This document shows positions 1-7,835 of a DNA stretch of 55,189 nt, in pieces. Origin of the DNA: Candidatus Rokubacteria bacterium 13_2_20CM_69_15_1 (GTDB lineage Bacteria > Methylomirabilota > Methylomirabilia > Rokubacteriales > CSP1-6); NCBI GenBank assembly GCA_001914535.1, contig MNCR01000094.1, positions 8,447 through 63,635 of the forward strand, given 5' to 3'. Numbering within the stretch: the stretch's first letter is position 1; each line of letters begins with the position of its first letter. The notes below the pieces were generated by a model. It had not been told where the DNA came from. It ran no database searches and saw nothing but the letters and a program-made list of their open reading frames with translations. The translations under genes were made by a program, and so were the position numbers.

Positions 1-1
1 T

Positions 2-175
2 CTCTCGTTCTGGCTCGGTGCGGTCGTGATCGGCATCCTGGTGCCGTTGGCGCTCCAGTTCGGAGGGATCATCCGCAAGGCGGCGCCGGCCATGACGGCG
101 CTCGTCTGCGTCCTGATCCTGATCGGGGGATTCGTCGTCAAGTACGTGATCATCGCCGCGGGTCAGGCGACCTGA
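2..175 (+). CDS. C-terminal fragment of an NrfD/PsrC-type integral membrane subunit (5' end outside window)
   Basis: The frame is open from the window edge to TGA 173-175. The hydrophobic tail ...LILIGGFVVKYVIIAAGQAT resembles NrfD-family C termini. It is followed by fdhE, so it may be the membrane subunit of a formate dehydrogenase-like complex. Confidence 0.4.
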   Translation, partial: LSFWLGAVVIGILVPLALQFGGIIRKAAPAMTALVCVLILIGGFVVKYVIIAAGQAT

Positions 176-236
176 CGCGGAGTTCCGTGACGGCTCGCCG
201 GGACGCTGGGCTCCGGCCTCCGAGGCCGAGCTCCCG

Positions 237-1100
237 TTGAGCTACGCCAAGCTGCTCGAGGAGTGGGGCGATCTGCTCGGGCGCCGGCCGACCTTCCGCG
301 AGCCGCTTGCGCCGTATCGCCCGGTGCTGGAGGCATGGGCGCGGTGGCCCGCGGAGCGTGTGACACCGCTCGCCTGGACGGCCTCAGACTGTGAGGAGCG
401 GTGGCGGCGCGGGCTTCCACTTATTTCTGAAGCCCAGGTTCCTATCATACCTGAAGATATAGAGGATCTGATCGGCGCAGCCCTCGATTTCCTGGCGGCA
501 ATGGGTGAGCCCAAGGAGGCTCTCGAGAAATTCGCTTCCGCGTGGGATCGGGCCGAGGTCGGCCCCGCCGCATTCTTTCCGTCCAGGGGCCGTGTCGGGC
601 TCGAGTCGCTGACGGCAGACCTTGGCCTCCGCGCCGAGTCCGTGAGCTTCCTCGCCTGCGGCGCGCTGCGTCCGGCGCTCGATCGGTACTTCGCCGGATG
701 CCGGGTCCATCTCACGGAGGGAAGCTGGGAGCTCGGCGTCTGTCCTTACTGCGGCGCGCCGCCCGGCTTCGGCGACCTCGTCGAGACGGGCCAGCGTCGG
801 CTCGCGTGCCACGTGTGCGGCGGCGGCTGGGTCTTCCCGCGACTCCGCTGTCCGTTCTGCGGCACGCAGTCTTCCACAGACCTCGCTCGCTTCGAGGCCG
901 AGGAGCGAGAGGAAGGCTACTTCATCTCCGCCTGCAGGCAATGCAAGGCGTACGTCAAGGAACTCGACCGGCGACTGCGCTGGAACGCCGGCTCGGCGCT
1001 CGTCGAGGACTGGGGCTCACCCCACTTCGACCTGGTCGCCGTTCGCGACGGATACTGGCGCCCCATCGCCTCGCTGATCCATCTGGCCCGTCGCGCCTGA
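237..1100 (+). CDS. fdhE: formate dehydrogenase accessory protein FdhE
   Basis: 287 aa with a TTG start. It has four CxxC pairs in FdhE spacing (CPYCG...CHVCG...CPFCG...CRQCK) and the conserved C-terminal DDLAS-like region (VEDWGSPHFDLVA). Confidence 0.8.
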   Translation: MSYAKLLEEWGDLLGRRPTFREPLAPYRPVLEAWARWPAERVTPLAWTASDCEERWRRGLPLISEAQVPIIPEDIEDLIGAALDFLAAMGEPKEALEKFASAWDRAEVGPAAFFPSRGRVGLESLTADLGLRAESVSFLACGALRPALDRYFAGCRVHLTEGSWELGVCPYCGAPPGFGDLVETGQRRLACHVCGGGWVFPRLRCPFCGTQSSTDLARFEAEEREEGYFISACRQCKAYVKELDRRLRWNAGSALVEDWGSPHFDLVAVRDGYWRPIASLIHLARRA

Positions 1101-1109
1101 GGCGCGGTG

Positions 1110-1139
1110 TGCAAATCAGCATCGGGAATGTGGTAAACT
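1110..1139 (+). promoter_or_regulatory. candidate sigma70-type promoter upstream of the ccsA/hemX-hemA operon
   Basis: TGCAAA, then 18 nt, then TAAACT, preceded by a TGg extended -10-like motif. It lies in the 67 bp gap before the ATG at 1168. Confidence 0.3.
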
Positions 1140-1167
1140 CACGTTACGCTTCACTTTTTTTGACGCC

Positions 1168-1980
1168 ATGTACCCGACTGTGCTCGATCTCGCGATTTTC
1201 GGCTACATCGCCGCGACAGGACTGTCGCTCGCCTATTTGGTCCAGCGGGAAGAGTGGCTGCACCGGGTCGCGTCCGTCGCGACGATCGCGGGCTGGGTCC
1301 TCCACGCTGTCGCGCTTCTCGCCCTGGCGTTCCGGCTCGGCCGGCCTCCGCTCGGCAGCCTGAGCGAGGCCGTGTCCGTGGCGGTGTGGGTCGCGGTGCT
1401 GTTGGCACTCTGGGTGGAGCGTCAGTACGGCGTCAAAGTCCTCGGCGCATTTGTCCTGCCGGTCGTGCTCGTGCTCAGCATCAACTCGGCGACGACACGG
1501 CCGCTCGGCATCCCCGGGATCGAGCGGGCGCTCGGGGGCGCGTGGATCTGGGTGCACATCGGGCTGGTCCTCATCGGGATCGCGGCGTTCGTCCTGAACT
1601 TCGCCGGTGCGCTGATGTACGTCCTGCAGGAGCGCCAGCTGAAGGCGAAACGCCCCGGCACGCTCTACTACCGCCTGCCCGACCTCGAGACGCTGGACCG
1701 TCTGACGTATCGCACCCTGGCGCTGGGATTTCCCTTCCTCACGACGGGCCTGATCCTTGGCGTCCTCTGGGCCGGCCGGGCGTGGGGGAGCGTCTTCGCC
1801 TATGATCCGCTCGCGCTCCTGTCTTTCGTCGCCTGGGCGATCTACGCAGGGACACTCGCGGGCCGTGCGGCGGCGGGCTGGCGCGGGCGGCGCGCGGCGT
1901 ACTTCGCGATCATCGGCTTCGCCACGCTGGTACTCACGCTGGGCGCGGGGCTCTTCTTGCCCGGAAGGCATGGCTCCTAG
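1168..1980 (+). CDS. cytochrome c assembly protein, CcsA family (HemX-like, linked to hemA)
   Basis: 270 aa polytopic membrane protein. It has a CcsA-like W-rich region (GVLWAGRAWGSVFAYDP) and sits immediately upstream of hemA, as Bacillus hemX does. Confidence 0.75.
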   Translation: MYPTVLDLAIFGYIAATGLSLAYLVQREEWLHRVASVATIAGWVLHAVALLALAFRLGRPPLGSLSEAVSVAVWVAVLLALWVERQYGVKVLGAFVLPVVLVLSINSATTRPLGIPGIERALGGAWIWVHIGLVLIGIAAFVLNFAGALMYVLQERQLKAKRPGTLYYRLPDLETLDRLTYRTLALGFPFLTTGLILGVLWAGRAWGSVFAYDPLALLSFVAWAIYAGTLAGRAAAGWRGRRAAYFAIIGFATLVLTLGAGLFLPGRHGS

Positions 1981-1995
1981 ATGGCACGGGCGTAG

Positions 1996-3264
1996 ATGAC
2001 GCTGTTCGTCGCGGGGCTCTCGCACAAGAACGCGCCCGTCGAGCTGCGCGAGCAGCTCGCCGTGGAGGAGGACAAGCTGCGGGAGCTCCTGAGCGATGTC
2101 TCGGCCACGGGCGCGGTGCGGGAGACGTTGATCCTCTCCACGTGCAACCGGGTCGAGGTGTACGGGGTCGCCGAGGCGCCCGGCGAGGCGCGCGCCGTCG
2201 TGTTCCGCCACCTCTGCCGCTACCGGGGCGTCGCCTATGGCTCGGTGGAGCCCCTCCTGTACACGCACCTGGACGGCGACGCCGTGCACCACGCCTTCCG
2301 GGTCGCTGCGAGCCTCGACTCGATGATGATCGGCGAGCCGCAGATCCTGGGCCAGGTGAAGGACGCCTTCGGCCTCGCCCAGGCATGCGCGACGGTCGGG
2401 CCGGCGCTGCACACGCTCTTCACCGCGGCCTTCGCCGTCGCCAAGAAGGTCCGGACCGAGACGGAGATAGCCCGCCACGCGGTGTCGGTCTCGTTTGCGG
2501 CCGTCGAGCTCGCGCGGAAGATCTTCGCGGGGCTCGGTGGCAAGGCTGTCCTCCTCGTGGGTGCGGGCAAGATGGGCGAGCTGGCGGCGCGTCACCTGGT
2601 CGAGCATGGTGCGTTCCCGGTCTACGTCGCCAACCGGACGTGGCCGCGCGCCCAGGAGATGGCGCGGGCCCTCTCAGGGGCGGCGGTGCCGTTCGCCGAG
2701 CTCGAGACGGCGCTCGCGGGGGTGGACATCGTGATCACCTCGACGGGCGCCACCGAGCCGATCGTCACGCTCGCGATGGTCCAGCGGGTCATGCACGGGC
2801 GCCGCGCGCGGCCGCTCTTCTTCATCGACATCGCGGTGCCGCGCGACGTCGAGGGGAGCGTGAACACGCTCGCGGACGTGTACTGCTATAACGTCGACGA
2901 CCTGAAGCAGGTCGTCGAGGCGAACATCCGCGAGCGGCTCCGCGAGGCGCAACGCGGTGAGGCGCTGGTGATGCGCGAGGTGGCGAAGTTCCTCACCCGC
3001 CAGAGCGACGTCGAGGTCATCCCGACGATCGTCTCGCTGCGCGAGCGGCTCGAGGAGATCCGGGTGGGCGAGGTGCGGAAGGCGCTGGCGCGGCTGCCGG
3101 GCGCAACGGCCGAGACGCGCGAGGCGATCGAGGCGCTCTCGGCGGCCATCGTGAACAAGATCTTGCACGCGCCGATCACGAAGCTGCGCGAATCGTCGCG
3201 CGCGGGCTCGAGCCGCTCGTGGCTCCCGCTCATTCACGAGCTCTTCGGCCTGGGACGAAAATGA
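1996..3264 (+). CDS. hemA: glutamyl-tRNA reductase
   Basis: 422 aa. Motifs: LSTCNRVEVY, the active-site Cys region, and the NADPH-binding GAGKMGELAARHL. Confidence 0.95.
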   Translation: MTLFVAGLSHKNAPVELREQLAVEEDKLRELLSDVSATGAVRETLILSTCNRVEVYGVAEAPGEARAVVFRHLCRYRGVAYGSVEPLLYTHLDGDAVHHAFRVAASLDSMMIGEPQILGQVKDAFGLAQACATVGPALHTLFTAAFAVAKKVRTETEIARHAVSVSFAAVELARKIFAGLGGKAVLLVGAGKMGELAARHLVEHGAFPVYVANRTWPRAQEMARALSGAAVPFAELETALAGVDIVITSTGATEPIVTLAMVQRVMHGRRARPLFFIDIAVPRDVEGSVNTLADVYCYNVDDLKQVVEANIRERLREAQRGEALVMREVAKFLTRQSDVEVIPTIVSLRERLEEIRVGEVRKALARLPGATAETREAIEALSAAIVNKILHAPITKLRESSRAGSSRSWLPLIHELFGLGRK

Positions 3265-3355
3265 CGGCGCCGACCTCGGTCCAATGAAGCCCCGGGCTCC
3301 TCTCTCAGGCCACGTCCGGTCCGAGCCGGGCAGGCGGACCTCGGTCCAATGAAGC
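3261..3355 (+). repeat. 65 bp-period junction repeat (family A, about 1.4 units) carrying ATGA-linked mini-ORFs
   Basis: gacctcggtccaatgaagc occurs at 3272-3290 and again at 3337-3355. The core tcaggccacgtccgg is related to the repeats at 6078 and 13581. Confidence 0.85.
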
Positions 3356-4251
3356 TGGGAACGCGGGGCAGCGCGCTCGCGCTGGCGCAGGCACGCGCCG
3401 TGGCCGCGCGTCTGCGCGCGCTCGGAGCCGACGTCGAGATCGTCCCGATGCGGACCGAGGGCGACCGGCTGCTCGAGGCGCGACTGGCCACGGTCGGGGG
3501 CAAGGGCCTGTTCGTGCGGGAGATCGAGGAGGCGCTGCTCGAGGGCGCCCTCGACCTCGCGGTCCACAGCCTCAAGGACCTCCCGGCCGAGCTCCCGGCG
3601 GGGCTCACGCTCACGGCGTACGCCGAACGCGAGGACCCGCGTGACGTCCTCGTCGCCCGGTCGGCGGTGGACTTCGAGGGTCTGCGGGCGGGAGCGGTGA
3701 TCGGCACGTCCAGCCCGCGCCGGCGGGCCCTCGCGCTCGCACTCCGGCCCGACCTCGTCGTCGAGCCGATCCGCGGCAACGTGGACACGCGCGTGAGAAA
3801 GCTCGCGAGCGGACCCTGGGACGCGGTGATCCTCGCCGCCGCTGGGTTGAGCCGCCTCGGGCTCAAGCCCGGGCACGCGCGGCCGCTGGACCCGGCGGTC
3901 TTCGTTCCCGCCGTCGGGCAGGGGATTCTCGCGGTCGAGGTGCGCGCTGCCGACCGGGCCACGCGCGCCTGGGTCGACCGAATCGACCACGCCCCCACGC
4001 GGGTCTGCGCGCTCGCCGAGCGGGCGTACCTGGGCCGGCTCGGCGCCTCGTGCCACACGCCGATGGCCGCCCACGCGGTGCTCGAGCGGGGACGCCTCCA
4101 GATGACGGCGTTCGTGGCCAGCGAGGACGGTCGGCAGGTGCTCCGCGGTGCGGACAGCGGGACACCGGACGAGTGCCTGGCGCTGGGGCGGCGTCTGGCC
4201 GAAGCGTTGCTCGCCCAGGGCGCGGCCGCCGTGGCCGCGCTGCGGGTGTAA
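3349..4251 (+). CDS. hemC: hydroxymethylbilane synthase (porphobilinogen deaminase)
   Basis: 300 aa. Motifs: MKLGTRGSALALAQA, TEGDR, GKGLFVREIE and SLKDLP. Confidence 0.95.
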   Translation: MKLGTRGSALALAQARAVAARLRALGADVEIVPMRTEGDRLLEARLATVGGKGLFVREIEEALLEGALDLAVHSLKDLPAELPAGLTLTAYAEREDPRDVLVARSAVDFEGLRAGAVIGTSSPRRRALALALRPDLVVEPIRGNVDTRVRKLASGPWDAVILAAAGLSRLGLKPGHARPLDPAVFVPAVGQGILAVEVRAADRATRAWVDRIDHAPTRVCALAERAYLGRLGASCHTPMAAHAVLERGRLQMTAFVASEDGRQVLRGADSGTPDECLALGRRLAEALLAQGAAAVAALRV

Positions 4252-4252
4252 C

Positions 4253-5095
4253 GTGGCGAGGGTGACGCGGGTCGGTGGAACGCGCCCGCTCGAGCGGCGG
4301 ACGATCGTCGTGACACGGGCGGCCCCGCAGGCGCAGCGCTTCGTGCAGCTCCTCGAGGAGGCCGGCGCGCGGGTGCTGCAGGCGCCGACGATCGCGATCG
4401 AGCCCCCCCAGTCCTGGGAGCCGCTCGACGGAGCGCTCGCCGCGCTGGACACGTTCACGTGGGTGATCTTCACGAGCGTGAACGGTGTCGTCATGGTGGA
4501 CCGACGACTCTCCGCGCGCGGGCTCGGCTGGGCCGCCGTCGCCAGGAAGCGCATCGCCGCGATCGGCCCGGCGACGGCGGAAGCGCTCGCCGAGCACGGG
4601 GTGCGCGTGGAGGCGGTCCCGGACGAGTACCGCGCCGAGGCGCTCGTGGAGCGGCTCCGGCCGGCGATCGCGCCGGGTGACCGAGTGCTGCTGCCGCGCG
4701 CGAAGGAGACGCGCGACGTGCTCGTGGTCGAGCTGCGGCGGCTCGGGGCGTCGGTGTCGGAGGTGCCGGTCTATCAGACCCGACGCGTCGAGAACGGCGC
4801 GGGCCGCCTGCGCGAAGCCCTCGCCGCGGGCACGATCGACGCCGTGACGTTCACCAGCTCGTCCACGGCGCGCAACTTCGCCGAAGTCTTCACCGAGGAG
4901 GAGCGGCGCGCATGGCGCGGTCGGGTCACCATCGCCTCGATCGGCCCGATCACGGCGGCTACCGCGGCCGAATACGGGCTGACCACCGATGTCATGCCGA
5001 GTGAGTACACGATTCCGGCGCTCGCTCGGGCGCTCGTCGACTACTTTTCCCGGGTCCCGACACGCTCGGGGCGCCGGGGCAAAAGGAGCGCGTGA
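4253..5095 (+). CDS. hemD: uroporphyrinogen-III synthase
   Basis: The GTG at 4253 lies just after the hemC stop; the tracked ORF start at 4148 would overlap hemC. HemD-like motifs are RTIVVTR, FTSVNGV and [10 protein letters not shown]. The exact start is uncertain (4253 or 4262). Confidence 0.85.
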   Translation: MARVTRVGGTRPLERRTIVVTRAAPQAQRFVQLLEEAGARVLQAPTIAIEPPQSWEPLDGALAALDTFTWVIFTSVNGVVMVDRRLSARGLGWAAVARKRIAAIGPATAEALAEHGVRVEAVPDEYRAEALVERLRPAIAPGDRVLLPRAKETRDVLVVELRRLGASVSEVPVYQTRRVENGAGRLREALAAGTIDAVTFTSSSTARNFAEVFTEEERRAWRGRVTIASIGPITAATAAEYGLTTDVMPSEYTIPALARALVDYFSRVPTRSGRRGKRSA

Positions 5096-6081
5096 TGGCG
5101 CATGCGATGTTCCGTCCGAGGCGTCTCCGAGAGAAACCGCTGCTGCGCGCGCTGATCCGTGAGACGGCGCTGGCGGTCGACGACTTGATCTACCCGCTCT
5201 TCGCAGTCCACGGGCGCGGCGTCCGCGAACCGATCACGTCGATGCCGGGGCAGTTCCGGCTGTCCATCGACGAGCTGGTGAAGGAGGTCAAGGACGCGGC
5301 GGGGATGGGGATCCCTGCGGTGCTCCTCTTCGGGGTGCCGGCGGAGAAGGACCCCCGTGGCTCCGAGGCCTACGCCGAGGACGGCATCGTCCAGCAGGCA
5401 ATCCGCGCCGTGAAGGACGTCGTGCCCGATCTCCTGGTCGTGAGCGACGTGTGCCTCTGCGAGTACACGAGCCACGGTCACTGCGGGATCGTCGAGGGCG
5501 GCAGCGTCCGCAACGATCCGACGCTCGAGCTGCTCGCACGCGTCGCAGTCTCGCAGGCCGAGGCGGGGGCCGACATGGTGGCGCCGTCGGACATGATGGA
5601 CGGCCGCGTCGCCGCGATCCGCGAAGCCCTGGACGAGGCGACCTTCACCGACACGCCGATCATGGCCTACTCGGCGAAGTACGCCTCGAGCTTCTACGAG
5701 CCGTTCCGGGAGGCCGCCGACTCCGCGCCGCAGTTCGGCGACCGGCGCCAGTACCAGATGGACCCCGCCAACGCGCTCGAGGCCATGCGCGAGATCGCGC
5801 TCGATCTCGACGAGGGCGCGGACATCGTGATGGTCAAGCCCGCGCTGCCGTACCTCGACATCATCTCGCGCGCGAAGGCGGAGTTTGGAGTGCCGCTGGC
5901 CGCGTACTCGGTCTCCGGCGAGTACTCGATGATCCGCGCGGCGGGCCGGCTGGGCTGGCTCGACGAGGAGCGCGCCATGATGGAGGCCCTCGTGGGAATC
6001 CGGCGGGCGGGTGCGGACGTGGTGATCACCTACTTCGCGCGCGAGGCGGCGCGCCTCCTGGAGCGAGGCCGCTCGAGATGA
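5095..6081 (+). CDS. hemB: porphobilinogen synthase (delta-aminolevulinate dehydratase)
   Basis: The ATG at 5095 overlaps the hemD TGA (TGATG), with an AAAAGGAG RBS at 5081-5088; GTG 5092 is an alternative start. ALAD motifs: [25 protein letters not shown] and VKPALPYLD. Confidence 0.95.
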   Translation: MAHAMFRPRRLREKPLLRALIRETALAVDDLIYPLFAVHGRGVREPITSMPGQFRLSIDELVKEVKDAAGMGIPAVLLFGVPAEKDPRGSEAYAEDGIVQQAIRAVKDVVPDLLVVSDVCLCEYTSHGHCGIVEGGSVRNDPTLELLARVAVSQAEAGADMVAPSDMMDGRVAAIREALDEATFTDTPIMAYSAKYASSFYEPFREAADSAPQFGDRRQYQMDPANALEAMREIALDLDEGADIVMVKPALPYLDIISRAKAEFGVPLAAYSVSGEYSMIRAAGRLGWLDEERAMMEALVGIRRAGADVVITYFAREAARLLERGRSR

Positions 6082-6260
6082 CGCCACGGGTGCCTTTGTC
6101 AGGCCACCCCCGGTGGGAGCCGGCCTCGCGGACCCCGCTACAAATGACGCCACGGGTGCCTTTATCAGGTCACCCCCGGTGGGGGCCGGCCTCGCGGACC
6201 CCGCTACAAATGACGCCCGCCGTCGACCGGCGCCGGCGGGGCATGACGCGCGCGCGCTGA
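6078..6260 (+). repeat. 66 bp tandem repeat (family A, 2 full units plus a partial) forming one in-frame 60-codon ORF
   Basis: Units begin at 6078, 6144 and 6210, each with atgacgcc. Units 1 and 2 are near-identical, with a few mismatches. Confidence 0.9.
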
Positions 6261-6263
6261 GCG

Positions 6264-6707
6264 ATGCGAATCTCGGCGAAGGGCGAGTATGCGATCAAGG
6301 CGGTGCTGGATCTGGCGATCCGCGGCGGGGAGGGGCTCGTGCCGATCCAGGACATCGCCGGGCGGCAGGCGATCCCGCAACGCTACCTGGAGCACGTCCT
6401 CTTGGCGCTGAAGGGCGCCGGGGTCCTCGGCTCGAAGCGCGGCGCCTCGGGCGGCTATCACCTGACGCGCCGGCCCGAGGAGATCAGCGTCGGTGACGTC
6501 TTGCGGGCCGTGGAGGGGTCCGCGGCGCCGCTCGAGACGCGCCGACGGACGGGCCGGCGGAACGGCGACGAGACGTACGAGCTCGGTGAGCTCTGGGAGG
6601 AGATCGGGAAGGCAGTCTCCGAGGTCGTCGACCGCGTCACCTTCGGCGACCTCGCGACCCGCGCACTCGCGCGCCGCAGCGCGGTGCGCGCGATGTACCA
6701 CATATGA
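6264..6707 (+). CDS. Rrf2 family transcriptional regulator, cysteine-free (CymR-like)
   Basis: 147 aa. The N-terminal wHTH is MRISAKGEYAIKAVLDLA...IPQRYLEHVLLALKGAGVL..RGASGGY. There are no Cys residues at all, so no Fe-S ligands. Its stop overlaps the cysK start (ATGA). Confidence 0.85.
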   Translation: MRISAKGEYAIKAVLDLAIRGGEGLVPIQDIAGRQAIPQRYLEHVLLALKGAGVLGSKRGASGGYHLTRRPEEISVGDVLRAVEGSAAPLETRRRTGRRNGDETYELGELWEEIGKAVSEVVDRVTFGDLATRALARRSAVRAMYHI

Positions 6708-7624
6708 CGCCGCGGCCGAAGATCGCGTCGTCGGTGCTCGAGCTGATCGGGCACACCCCGATGGTCCGCCTGAACCGGCTCCCGAGACCGGGGGGCGCGA
6801 GCGTCGTCGCCAAGCTCGAGTCGCTGAACCCCGGGGGAAGCGTCAAGGACCGGATCGCGCTCGCGATGCTCGAGGCCGCGGAGCAGCAGGGCCGCGTCAA
6901 GCCCGGCTCGACGATCGTGGAGCCGACCAGCGGCAACACGGGCATCGGGCTGGCGATGGCCGCCGCGGTGAAGGGCTACCGGCTCATTCTCACGATGCCC
7001 GACGACATGACCGTAGAGCGCCAGCGACTGCTGGCGCGGTTCGGCGCTGAGATCCACCTGACGCCCGCGATCGAGGGCATGACTGGCGCGGTGTACGCGG
7101 CCCAGGAGCTTTGCCGCGAGCACCCGGACTACTTCATGCCCCAGCAGTTCGAGAACCCGGCGAACCCCGAGGCGCACCGCCGCACCACGGCCCTGGAGAT
7201 TCTGGACGCCGTCGCCGGCCGCCTCGACGCGTTCGTCGCGGGCGTCGGCACCGGTGGCACGGTGACCGGGGTGGGTGAGGTGCTCAAGCAGAAGCTCCCC
7301 GGCGTGCGCGTGATCGCCGTCGAGCCGGCGAAGTCGCCGGTCCTCTCGGGCGGCCGGGCGCGGCCCCACGCGATCCAGGGGATCGGTGCGTCTTTCGTGC
7401 CTGGCGTCCTGAACCGGAGCATCATCGACCGGATCGTTCTGGTCCGCGACGAGGACGCGATCGGGTGGTCGCGGCGGCTCGCGCGCGAGGAGGGCCTGCT
7501 GGTGGGGGTCTCCGGCGGTGCCGCGGCGTTCGCCGCGTGCGCCGTCGCGGCGGAGCTCGGCCCCGAGCAGCTCGTCGTGACCGTGCTTCCCGATACCGGC
7601 GAGCGGTACTTGAGTCAGGGGTAG
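6704..7624 (+). CDS. cysK: cysteine synthase (O-acetylserine or O-phosphoserine sulfhydrylase; CysK/CysM type)
   Basis: 306 aa. It has the PLP-lysine region (NPGGSVKDR), TSGNTGIGLA, and a GTGGT loop (GVGTGGTVTG). Confidence 0.9.
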   Translation: MTPRPKIASSVLELIGHTPMVRLNRLPRPGGASVVAKLESLNPGGSVKDRIALAMLEAAEQQGRVKPGSTIVEPTSGNTGIGLAMAAAVKGYRLILTMPDDMTVERQRLLARFGAEIHLTPAIEGMTGAVYAAQELCREHPDYFMPQQFENPANPEAHRRTTALEILDAVAGRLDAFVAGVGTGGTVTGVGEVLKQKLPGVRVIAVEPAKSPVLSGGRARPHAIQGIGASFVPGVLNRSIIDRIVLVRDEDAIGWSRRLAREEGLLVGVSGGAAAFAACAVAAELGPEQLVVTVLPDTGERYLSQG

Positions 7625-7730
7625 TGCGAGCCGAGCGGCGGCCGCGGAGGCTCGGCGACGCGCGCCGCGAGGCGAGGCTGCAGACGGGGTAGTGCGAGCC
7701 GAGCGGCGGCCGCGGAGGCTCGGCGACGCG
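7618..7730 (+). repeat. 45 bp direct repeat (2 copies, 68 bp period) that includes the cysK stop codon
   Basis: ggggtagtgcgagccgagcggcggccgcggaggctcggcgacgcg occurs at 7618-7662 and 7686-7730. It contains an internal GCCGAG...CTCGGC stem around a GCGGCCGC palindrome. Confidence 0.85.
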
Positions 7731-7741
7731 GGTGACCGTTC

Positions 7742-7830
7742 GGGTTCGAGCGCCGGCTTTGCCGGCGCAACCGATTCCTGGGGGGAGGTTTCGGAAGGGG
7801 GGCAAAGCCCCCCTCCGAGGTTTCAGGAGG
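7742..7830 (+). repeat. structured two-hairpin intergenic element (family D, copy 1)
   Basis: Hairpin 1 is GCGCCGGC-ttt-GCCGGCGC (7750-7768). Hairpin 2 is GGAAGGGGGGC-aaa-GCCCCCCTCC (about 7793-7816). Related copies lie at 17192-17288 (inverted) and 32672-32786. Confidence 0.8.
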
Positions 7831-7835
7831 CCAGT

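Noticed and set aside
237-1100. A selenocysteine or recoding signal associated with the formate dehydrogenase context.
   Set aside because: Only the accessory fdhE gene and a membrane-subunit tail are in the window. There is no catalytic subunit, in-frame TGA or SECIS-like element to evaluate.
1144-4554. Long - strand ORFs opposite the hem genes (1144-2607, 2674-4554, 3234-4316).
   Set aside because: They lie antisense to well-supported hemX, hemA, hemC and hemD. Their composition is biased (R/A/P/G rich) with no recognisable motifs. The same reasoning applies to 8395-9969, 10247-11992, 12146-13624, 13605-15116, 16010-17305, 35608-37395, 37323-38840, 49822-51702 and 51434-53353.
6078-6260. 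The tandem repeats (also 10556-10679 and 13581-13740) as a possible CRISPR array.
   Set aside because: The units abut directly with no unique spacers, there are only 2-3 copies, no cas genes are present, and the units lie inside operon junctions.
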